DNA from: an uncultured Actinomycetota bacterium
GTDB taxonomy: Bacteria; Actinomycetota; Actinomycetes; Actinomycetales; Dermatophilaceae
Assembly: GCA_963783735.1 (NCBI GenBank)
Contig: CAWAOO010000001.1
Coordinates: forward strand, 326,295-350,294
DNA length: 24,000 bases
Reading direction: 5' to 3'
In this document: piece after piece, positions 9,989 through 16,591 of the stretch
How the letters are laid out: each line of letters starts with the position of its first letter
How positions within the stretch are numbered: the first letter of the stretch is position 1
Translations under genes and position numbers: made by a program
The notes under the pieces: generated by a model
Database searches by the model: none
What the model saw: the letters and a program-made list of their open reading frames with translations, nothing else
What the model was told of the DNA's origin: nothing

Positions 9989-11376
9989 CGGACCGGACGA
10001 CCGGGCCGAGGACGGAGCCGAGGTTCCGGCACGACGACCTCGGGACGCCCGAGCGGCTCTGGGCCGGGGAGCCCGCCTTCGACGGCCTCCCGCGGATCGA
10101 CCTCGGCGCCTGGCCGGGCCTGCGCCGGGTGCTCGTCGTCGCGGCCCACCCGGACGACGAGACCCTCGGCGCGGCCGGCCTCGTCCGGGCCGCCGCCGAC
10201 GCCGGCCTCGGCGTCGAGGTCGCCGCGGCGACGTCCGGCGAGGGCTCCCACCCGGGGTCCCGGACCCATGACCGTGCTCGGCTCGCACGGGTCCGCGACG
10301 TCGAGCTCGAGGCTGCCGTCGGCGTCCTCGCGCCCGCGTGCCGGGTCCACCGCCTCGGCCTCCCGGACGGCGGGCTGGCCGACCGTGAGGACGAGCTCGC
10401 CGAGCGCCTCTCCGGACTCCTCGGCGAGGGGGCGTCGACGCTTGTCGTCGCGCCGTGGCGCTCCGACGGCCACCCCGACCACGAAGCCGCTGGACGCGCC
10501 GCGGCCCGCGCGGCCCGGGACGGCGGCGCACCGCTGCTCGAGTACCCCGTGTGGCTCTGGCACTGGGGGTCCGAGGACGACGTCCCGTGGGACGACGCCG
10601 TGCGCCTCGACCTCGACCGCGACGCGCGGACGGCGAAGACGGCGGCGATCGCCGCCCACCGGAGCCAGAGCGAGGCCCTCTCGCCGGAGCCGGGCGACGA
10701 GCCGGTCCTCCTTCCGCACACCCTCGAGCACTTCGCCCGGGCGTTCGAGGTCTTCCTCGCCGGTGCGGAGGCCCGCGGCGTGGTCGCCCTCGAGGACCTC
10801 CACCGCCGCGAGCGCGACCCGTGGGGGGTCGGTGAGGGGTGGTACGAACGCCGCAAGCGGGCCCTGACGCTCGCGAGCCTCCCGCGCGAGCGGTTCGCCC
10901 GGGGCCTCGAGGTCGGCTGCTCCGTCGGGGCGCTCGCCGCCGACCTCGCGACCCGGTGCGACCGGCTCGTCGGCCTCGACGCGAGCGCCTCCGCCCTCGC
11001 CGAGGCTCGGGCCCGGGTCGGGGGCCTCGGCACGGTCGAGCTCGCCCACCTCCACGTCCCCCGGCAGTGGCCACAGGGCCGGTTCGACCTCGTCGTCCTC
11101 TCGGAGGTCGGCTACTTCTGCGAGCGCGACCAGCTCGCGGGCCTCGTCGAGCGGGCTGTCGGGTCGCTCACCGACGACGGGGTCCTGCTCGCGTGCCACT
11201 GGCGGCACCCCGTCACCGGCTGGCCGCTCGACGGGGACGAGGTCCATGCCGTCCTCGGCGGCCACCCCGGCCTCGAGGTGCTCGCCAGACACGTCGAGGA
11301 GGACTTCGCGCTCGACGTCCTCGTGCCGCCCCCGGCGACCTCGGTCGCCCGTCGCAGCGGCCTCCTCGGCGGGTGA
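9985..11376 (+). CDS. Bifunctional PIG-L/LmbE-family de-N-acetylase :: NodS-like class I SAM-dependent methyltransferase
   Basis: 463 aa. PIG-L motifs: VLVVAAHPDDETLGAAG and DGHPDHEAAGRAA. The C-terminal half reads RERDPWGVGEGWYERRKRALTLASLPRERFARGLEVGCSVGALAADLATRCDRLVGLDASASALAEARAR, i.e. SAM motif I preceded by the DPW...YE..K signature I associate with NodS-type methyltransferases. ATGA and GTGA overlaps occur at its two ends. Confidence 0.8.
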   Translation: MTDRTTGPRTEPRFRHDDLGTPERLWAGEPAFDGLPRIDLGAWPGLRRVLVVAAHPDDETLGAAGLVRAAADAGLGVEVAAATSGEGSHPGSRTHDRARLARVRDVELEAAVGVLAPACRVHRLGLPDGGLADREDELAERLSGLLGEGASTLVVAPWRSDGHPDHEAAGRAAARAARDGGAPLLEYPVWLWHWGSEDDVPWDDAVRLDLDRDARTAKTAAIAAHRSQSEALSPEPGDEPVLLPHTLEHFARAFEVFLAGAEARGVVALEDLHRRERDPWGVGEGWYERRKRALTLASLPRERFARGLEVGCSVGALAADLATRCDRLVGLDASASALAEARARVGGLGTVELAHLHVPRQWPQGRFDLVVLSEVGYFCERDQLAGLVERAVGSLTDDGVLLACHWRHPVTGWPLDGDEVHAVLGGHPGLEVLARHVEEDFALDVLVPPPATSVARRSGLLGG

Positions 11377-12122
11377 GCGCCTGCACGGCCGTCCGGGTCG
11401 TCGTCCCGGCCCGCGACGAGGAGATCCTCCTGCCGGGGTGCCTTCGGACGCTCGCCGTCGCCGTCGCCCGGCTCGCGGGGGAGGCCGCCGACGGGCCGGA
11501 CGGCCATGCCGCGCCGCTCGACGCCGGGATCGTCCTCGTCCTCGACCGGTGCACCGACCGGTCCGCCGCGGTCGCCCGCTCCGTGCCCGGCGTCGACGTC
11601 CTCGAGGTCGACGCGGGCAGCGTCGGGTCGGCGCGCGACCTTGGGGCTCGACGCGCGCTCGCCTCGTGCGCGGCGGAGCCGCGGCACGTCTGGCTCGCGA
11701 TGACCGACGCGGACTCGCAGGTGCCGGCCTCGTGGCTCACCGGCCAGCTCGACCACGCCCGCGCGGGGGCCGACCTCGTCGTCGGCACCGTCGAGCCGGA
11801 CGTCGACGTCTCCCCGCACGTCCTGGCGCGGTGGCGCGCCGCGCACGACCTCCGGGAGGGCCACCCCCACGTCCACGGAGCGAACCTCGGGATCCGGGGC
11901 GACGCCTACCTCGCCGCCGGTGGGTTCCGGGCGTGGGCGTGCGAGGAGGACGTCGACCTCGTCGCCCGGGTCACGGCCGCCGGCCGGGCGGTGGCCCGGA
12001 CCGACCGGGGACGCGTCCGGACGTCCGCGCGGCTGCTCGGCCGGGCGCCGGGCGGGTTCGCCGCCCACCTGCGACGGCTCGCCCTGCCCGAGGAGCCGAC
12101 CACCCTCGACCCGGCGACCTGA
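11373..12122 (+). CDS. Small family-2 glycosyltransferase (GT-A fold)
   Basis: 249 aa from the GTG at 11373, which overlaps the upstream TGA. Motifs: RVVVPARDEEILLPGCL, IVLVLDRCTDRS, WLAMTDADSQVP (DxD), GANLGIRGDAYLAAGGF, EDVDLV. No obvious TM segments. Confidence 0.75.
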   Translation: MSACTAVRVVVPARDEEILLPGCLRTLAVAVARLAGEAADGPDGHAAPLDAGIVLVLDRCTDRSAAVARSVPGVDVLEVDAGSVGSARDLGARRALASCAAEPRHVWLAMTDADSQVPASWLTGQLDHARAGADLVVGTVEPDVDVSPHVLARWRAAHDLREGHPHVHGANLGIRGDAYLAAGGFRAWACEEDVDLVARVTAAGRAVARTDRGRVRTSARLLGRAPGGFAAHLRRLALPEEPTTLDPAT

Positions 12123-12136
12123 CGGCGGGCGCCGTC
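12121..12136. terminator. Small GC hairpin between the convergent GT2 and heliorhodopsin genes (possible bidirectional terminator)
   Basis: GACGGC-gggc-GCCGTC (6-bp stem, 4-nt loop) within the 24-bp convergent gap. An alternative CGGCGG...CCGCCG pairing is possible. No U-tract follows. Confidence 0.3.
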
Positions 12137-12146
12137 CGTCCGCCGG

Positions 12147-12944
12147 TCAGCCGGCCAGGGAGCCGCCGAAGATCTGCCACGCGAGGACGGACTTCGCGAC
12201 GAGGCTGAGGACGAGGTAGGCCTTCTCGCCGTACGCGTAGTCGGCCCAGCGCCCGACGCCGCGGTACTGGAGCCACTGGTTGAGGCCGAAGCTGAAGAAG
12301 AAGACCGCCTGGGCGACGAGGATCCCGTAGACGAAGCCCGGCACCGTGGCCGACCCGACGATGTTGATGCCGAGCGCGACCCACGGGGCGAGCCCGACGA
12401 GGGTCCCGAACCAGAACGGGAGCATCGTCGTCGAGGACCGCCCGGGCGGGTTCATGAGCTCCTGGACCCAGCCGAAGAGGATCATCGCGACGTTGGCCCC
12501 GATGATCCCGACGACGGCGCTGATCCCGGTGATGCCGGAGTAGAACCCGATGAGGACGACCATGAGGGTCGCGCTCAGCGAGTATTCGACCCAGCGGAAC
12601 CGGTTGATCCCGCGCCGGAGGTCGCGCTCGTACACCCCGCGGCCGAACGTCGCGGTGAGGAGGTGGTCGAGGGCCGCGAGCGCGAGGAAGAGTGCGACCG
12701 CCCAGCCGATCGGGACGTCGAAGAGCGCCCCGGGGGCGGGTGGCGCCGCCCCCGGCGGGCCCTCGGGGAAGGAGGACGTCACCGTGATCGCGAAGCTCCC
12801 GGCGAGAGCGACGACGACGACCGCCTGGGCGAGGTGGAGGACGCTGAGGGCGAGGTTCCACCGGCGGAGGCCGGCGAGCCGCACGTCGGTGACGCCGGGG
12901 GCCACGAGCGGCCCGACGGACGTGCTGGCCTCAGGCGCGCTCAC
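12147..12944 (-). CDS. Heliorhodopsin (inverted-topology, retinal-binding seven-TM protein)
   Basis: 265 aa. By-eye alignment to the recalled HeR 48C12 sequence: RWNLALSVLHLAQ (His37 ~ H23), LAALDHLL (His94 ~ H80), INRFRWVEYSLSATLMVVLI (Glu120 ~ E107 counterion), NVAMILFGWVQE, MLPFWFG, VPGFVYGILV, WLQYRGVGRWADYAYGEKAYLVLSLVAKSVLAWQIFGGSL (Lys251 ~ K241 Schiff-base lysine, codon at 12192..12194). The GTG start is preceded by GAGGA with 6-nt spacing. Confidence 0.9.
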   Translation of the reverse strand: MSAPEASTSVGPLVAPGVTDVRLAGLRRWNLALSVLHLAQAVVVVALAGSFAITVTSSFPEGPPGAAPPAPGALFDVPIGWAVALFLALAALDHLLTATFGRGVYERDLRRGINRFRWVEYSLSATLMVVLIGFYSGITGISAVVGIIGANVAMILFGWVQELMNPPGRSSTTMLPFWFGTLVGLAPWVALGINIVGSATVPGFVYGILVAQAVFFFSFGLNQWLQYRGVGRWADYAYGEKAYLVLSLVAKSVLAWQIFGGSLAG

Positions 12945-12978
12945 ACCGGGTCCTCGGAGTCGAGGATGACGTGGGCCA

Positions 12979-13407
12979 TCAGCCGGCGAACGACGTCTCC
13001 AGCGTGATGGGCACGGCGGCGAGGGCCTGGCTCACCGGGCAGTTCGCCTTGGCGTCCTCGGCGGCCGCCGTGAAGTCGTCGGCGGTCATCCCGGGGACGG
13101 CGCCGGTGACCTTGATGGCGATGCCGGTGATCCCGGTCCCGGGCTGGAAGGTCACCTCGGCGGTCGTGTCGAGCGTCGTCGGAGGCGTCCCGGCCTGCGC
13201 GAGCCCGTTCGAGAGCGCCATGGAGAAGCACGTCGAGTGCGCCGCGGCGATGAGCTCCTCCGGGCTCGTCCTGCCGTCGGCCTGCTCGGCGCGCGAGGGC
13301 CAGGTGACGTCGTACGTCCCGAGCCCGGACGACTCGAGGGTGACCTGGCCCGCCCCTTCGAACAGGGAGCCTTCCCAGTGGGCGGACGCGGTACGGGTCG
13401 TGGCCAT
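12979..13407 (-). CDS. osmC: OsmC-family peroxiredoxin (organic hydroperoxide reductase-like)
   Basis: 142 aa. Both conserved cysteines are in their typical contexts (AAAHSTCFSMALS and DAKANCPVSQAL). The N-terminus ASAHWEGSL is typical of the OsmC subfamily. AGGAG RBS lies 6 nt before the ATG. Confidence 0.88.
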   Translation of the reverse strand: MATTRTASAHWEGSLFEGAGQVTLESSGLGTYDVTWPSRAEQADGRTSPEELIAAAHSTCFSMALSNGLAQAGTPPTTLDTTAEVTFQPGTGITGIAIKVTGAVPGMTADDFTAAAEDAKANCPVSQALAAVPITLETSFAG

Positions 13408-13439
13408 CGGGCGCTCCTCGGTGCGGCGGTCGGGCCCTC

Positions 13440-13469
13440 ATCCTCACCCGCGCGGCGCGCGCTTGGCAA
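13440..13469 (-). promoter_or_regulatory. Candidate sigma-70-type promoter for the osmC-heliorhodopsin transcription unit
   Basis: On the minus strand: TTGCCA (13469..13464), an 18-nt spacer, then GAGGAT (13445..13440), about 32 nt upstream of the osmC ATG. The -10 element is weak, so this is sequence-pattern evidence only. Confidence 0.3.
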
Positions 13470-13495
13470 CACCCGTCCGTGTCCGGGCCGGCCGG

Positions 13496-14779
13496 TCAGG
13501 GGATGACGACCTGCCGGGTCACCTGCCCGTTGTTCTCCCAGTAGGTCTGCCGGTTGACGATGGAGGCGTCCGTCTGCGCGGGCTGGACCTCCCCGTCGTC
13601 GGCGACGGCACGCGAGGTGACGGTGTGCGCACCGGGCGCCGGACCGCCCCACTCCCAGGTCCAGAAGACCCACGCGCTCCCGCTCCTGCCTCTGGCGCGG
13701 GTCCGGTGGAGCCGGGCCCGGTGCCACGGCCCGGAGTCGACCCTGACCTCGACGCGGTCGACCCGGCCTCCCCAGGCGGCGCCCATGACGGCGTACTGCT
13801 CGCCGCGGCGGAGGACCTTCGCCGGGGCGGACTTCAGCCGGGCGTGGCCGACGGTCGTGAACGTCCACACGGTCTCGCCGTCGTGCTCCTCCTCGCGGAC
13901 GGTGACGTAGTCGCGGGCCATGAAGCGTCCGGCGTACCGGCCCTCGCGGAGCTCGATCCGGGTGAGCCACTTGACGTTCGCGACGCCGTACCACCCGGGG
14001 GCGATGAGGCGCAGGGGTCCGCCGTGGTCGGCGGGGAGGTCGGCGCCGTTCATCTCGTCGCAGAGAAGCTTCTCCCCGTCGAGCGCGTCCTCGAGGGGCA
14101 TGCTCCGGGCGAACTGCTCGGTGACGGTGAGGTCGAGCCCGCCCCCGGCGTCCTGCTCGGTCCCGCCGGTGAGGCCGCCCCCGGTGACGCCGGAGTTGTC
14201 CCGAACCGTCACCTCGCCGCGGTCGACACCCCAGAAGACGACCTCGGTGGCCCGGTCCTTGGGCCGGGCCAGCCGGAGGACGTGGGCGAGGGAGGTCCCG
14301 CCCCAGCGGGCGGTGCCGACGCCCCCGATGAGGAACGGGAGACCGTGGTTGCCCGCGCACTCGAGGGTGAAGTCGACGCTCCGCCGGTGCCGCCCGCGCA
14401 GGTCCTCGAGGCCGAGGGACTGGGGGTGCTCGACGAGGCCGTCGACGGTGAGCCGCCACCGGTCCCGCTCGAGCACCGCCGGCGACGGCTGGCCGTAGTG
14501 CTTGACGGTGAAGAAGGCGTCGTTCGGGGTTCGCCACGTGTCGAGGTCCTCCCAGACCAGCGGGTGCCCGAGGAGGTCCGTGGCGGGGCCGGGGATGTCG
14601 GCCGGCTGGTCCTGCCACGGGATGACCACCCCCGGGTCGTGCCCCCGCGGGGATGACCCGGAGGCGTCTGCGGAGAAGGCCTCCGCAGGGCCGGCGAGGC
14701 TCGTCACGGTGAGGCCCGCCACGCCGGCGGCTGCGCCGCCCTTGAGGACCGAACGTCGGGGGAGATCGTGCTTGTCCAT
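13496..14779 (-). CDS. Tat-exported molybdopterin oxidoreductase of the sulfite-oxidase family (catalytic plus dimerisation/Ig-like domains)
   Basis: 427 aa. Twin-arginine signal MDKHDLPRRSVLKGGAAAGVAGLTV...AEA. FFTVKHYG; Mo-ligand Cys context FTLECAGNHG; HGGPLRLIAPGWYGVANVKWLTRIEL; C-terminal beta-rich domain. Confidence 0.85.
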   Translation of the reverse strand: MDKHDLPRRSVLKGGAAAGVAGLTVTSLAGPAEAFSADASGSSPRGHDPGVVIPWQDQPADIPGPATDLLGHPLVWEDLDTWRTPNDAFFTVKHYGQPSPAVLERDRWRLTVDGLVEHPQSLGLEDLRGRHRRSVDFTLECAGNHGLPFLIGGVGTARWGGTSLAHVLRLARPKDRATEVVFWGVDRGEVTVRDNSGVTGGGLTGGTEQDAGGGLDLTVTEQFARSMPLEDALDGEKLLCDEMNGADLPADHGGPLRLIAPGWYGVANVKWLTRIELREGRYAGRFMARDYVTVREEEHDGETVWTFTTVGHARLKSAPAKVLRRGEQYAVMGAAWGGRVDRVEVRVDSGPWHRARLHRTRARGRSGSAWVFWTWEWGGPAPGAHTVTSRAVADDGEVQPAQTDASIVNRQTYWENNGQVTRQVVIP

Positions 14780-14868
14780 GGCGCACCCACTTTGCGGCCG
14801 CTACACCCGGATAACGTTTGAGGATCCCAGCCTCTGCGCGGTTGTCAACCCCCCGGCCCGCCGCGCGC

Positions 14869-16065
14869 TCAGGACCCCGGGTGGCAGTGCGCGATCGCCG
14901 AGCCGACGAGCCGGAACGCCTGGCTCTCGTCGATGTCGGGGTTCACGCCCGCCTGGAACAGGACGATGATGTCGGACCCGCCGAACTGGAAGTACCCGAA
15001 CTCGTCGCCCTTGGCGACCTCGGCGCCGGCGGCGGGGGTGACGGTGACGGAGGCGACGTGGGACATCCCGACCGGGACGACGGCGACGAGGCCGACGTCG
15101 CCCTGCCCGGAGGCGGCCGTGTCGAGGACGAGGACCCCCCTCGTCTGCGAGAACTCGTACCCGGTCCGGGCGCTGTCGCGGGCGGTGAGCCGGCCGTCCT
15201 CGAGGTCGACCTCGACGTAGACCCGGCCGGTGACGACGAAGGACTCCTTGACGGTCCCGGCGACCGGCAGGTGGTAGCGGTGGTACGCCGACGGCGGAAG
15301 CATGTAGTGGGTGAACGTCCCGCCGGCGAAGGCCTCGGCGTAGTCGCTCCCCTCGAGGAGCTGGCGGACGTTGCCGTACCGGTGGGTCCCCTTGACCGTC
15401 GTCGCCGGGATGTTCGAGTCGGCGTCGACGTCGAAGTGTCCGCGGAAGCTGCAGTCGGCGGGGGAGGTGACGACCCGGTTGTCGGTCGGGTCGCTCACCG
15501 GCCGGAGGCCGGCGTTGAGCCGGCGGGCGAAGAACTGGTTGAAGGTCAGCCACCCGCTCGGCATGTTCGGGCGGCCGTCGACGAGGGAGTCCGCGACGCC
15601 GTACTCGGGGGCGTTCTCGACGAACGAGGCGAGGATCTCCTCGCTGAAGGACTCGGGGGTGTCGAGGTAGCCCCCCCACGCACGGGCGAACTCGGTGAGC
15701 CAGTCCCGGAACGCCTCGGAGCTCTCGGCGACGGCGGTCCCGTCGACGTCGACCTTCTGGTCGACGAGCCAGTAGAAGTGGGCGAGCCGGTCGCTGACCT
15801 CCTTGGCGTACCGCTCCTCGGGGGCCGAGACCTTCCACGCCTCCGCGTCGGTCTGCTGGGGGATCCAGCGGAGGAACCGGGTGAGGTAGGCGAAGTACCC
15901 CGGCAGGTCCCGCGGCCACTCGAGCGCGTCCCGCAGGGTGGGCTCGAGTTCGGCCTCCGCCCGCTCGCTGGCCCTGACCAGCGAGCGCTCGAGGGTGGTC
16001 GCGAGGTCGCGGTCCTCCTCGAGCAGGCTCTCGAGGTCCCGGAGGATCCGGTCGGGGTCGGTCAT
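14869..16065 (-). CDS. Long-form phosphatidylserine-decarboxylase-family pyruvoyl enzyme (PsiD-like architecture; substrate unknown)
   Basis: 398 aa. Acidic helical N-terminal domain with no TM segment. Then GWLTFNQFFARRL, PSAYHRYHLPVAGTVKE, and the self-cleavage/pyruvoyl motif GDEFGYFQFGGSDIIVLF (G-S). AGGAG lies about 10 nt before the ATG. Confidence 0.8.
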   Translation of the reverse strand: MTDPDRILRDLESLLEEDRDLATTLERSLVRASERAEAELEPTLRDALEWPRDLPGYFAYLTRFLRWIPQQTDAEAWKVSAPEERYAKEVSDRLAHFYWLVDQKVDVDGTAVAESSEAFRDWLTEFARAWGGYLDTPESFSEEILASFVENAPEYGVADSLVDGRPNMPSGWLTFNQFFARRLNAGLRPVSDPTDNRVVTSPADCSFRGHFDVDADSNIPATTVKGTHRYGNVRQLLEGSDYAEAFAGGTFTHYMLPPSAYHRYHLPVAGTVKESFVVTGRVYVEVDLEDGRLTARDSARTGYEFSQTRGVLVLDTAASGQGDVGLVAVVPVGMSHVASVTVTPAAGAEVAKGDEFGYFQFGGSDIIVLFQAGVNPDIDESQAFRLVGSAIAHCHPGS

Positions 16066-16355
16066 CGTCGTCGTGCTCCTTCGGGTGTCGGGATGCTTCC
16101 CCGAGGACGTACCCGTGCCGCCGGGGTCCCATCACGGTAGCGGGGACGACGACCCGTGGACGTCGTGGGTCGTGAGTCCTCGCGCTCGCCGCCGGCCCCT
16201 GGCGAGGATCCGGGTACGGGGCCGGCAGCGCGACGAGGCGGGCGTGGACGTCGTCGACGTCCAGCATCGGCGCGTTCCTCGCCCTCGCCGTCGGCCGTCC
16301 CGGAAGGACCCGGGGCGCCGAACACCCACCCGCCCTTTCGAGAAGGACGTGCCCG

Positions 16356-16529
16356 ATGCCCGTCGTCGGCGCCGCGCTCGTCGCGCACGCCAGCATCGCG
16401 GCCCTGACGTGGAGGGATCTGCGCCGGCGCACGCCCGAGCAGGTCCGCGGCAACCCTCGGCTGTGGCGGGTGGCGAGCGCGGCCAACACGCTCGGCTCGG
16501 TGGCGTACTGGCTCGTCGGTCGCCGCTGA
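16356..16529 (+). CDS. 57-aa small membrane protein, PLDc_N (cardiolipin-synthase N-terminal domain)-like
   Basis: Not in the ORF track (too short). ATG at 16356 with a GAAGGA RBS 8 nt upstream. Translation: MPVVGAALVAHASIAALTWRDLRRRTPEQVRGNPRLWRVASAANTLGSVAYWLVGRR. It has two hydrophobic helices, the R..P..VRG.....W motif and a C-terminal Y.L.GRR typical of this family. GC3 is high. Confidence 0.6.
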   Translation: MPVVGAALVAHASIAALTWRDLRRRTPEQVRGNPRLWRVASAANTLGSVAYWLVGRR

Positions 16530-16591
16530 CCGGGTTCGGCGGGCTCGCTGCACGGCGGCGGAGGCGCCGTCGCGCCGTCGCGCCCAAGGGT

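Noticed and set aside
4086-11074. Long Arg/Pro-rich ORFs: 4086..5603(-), 4604..5800(+) upstream part, 6586..9132(-), 7176..8876(+), 8783..11074(-), 9534..11033(-), 9898..11292(-)
   Set aside because: These are shadow frames of the glycosyltransferase, ACAD-fold and PIG-L genes. They are low-complexity and lack motifs, an RBS or sensible starts.
14843-14848. Perfect TTGACA (minus strand) 64 nt upstream of the sulfite-oxidase-family gene, in the least GC-rich spot of the window
   Set aside because: No acceptable -10 hexamer lies 16-19 nt downstream (ATCCTC/TCCTCA), and no ECF-type GGAAC...CGTT pairing fits. I left it as an unassigned hint rather than calling a promoter.
16149-16173. The hairpin ACGACCC-N11-GGGTCGT shares its stem sequence with the hairpin at 22693..22729, so I considered a dispersed palindromic repeat family
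   Set aside because: Only the 7-8-nt stems match; loops and flanks differ. GACGAC and GTCGTC strings are extremely common in this GC-rich coding sequence, so the resemblance is probably chance.
12123-16355. Searched the heliorhodopsin neighbourhood for retinal biosynthesis (blh, crtEBIY), photolyase, glutamine synthetase or a transducer or kinase
   Set aside because: None is present in this window. Only OsmC, the molybdoenzyme and the PSD-family gene flank the heliorhodopsin gene, so no claim about chromophore supply or known HeR partners can be made from this sequence.
16563-16584. GCGCCGTC GCGCCGTC GCGCC short direct repeat and 5-bp hairpin between the convergent small ORF and the ALDH7 gene
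   Set aside because: It is too short and weak (5-bp stem, no U-tract) to call a terminator with any confidence.
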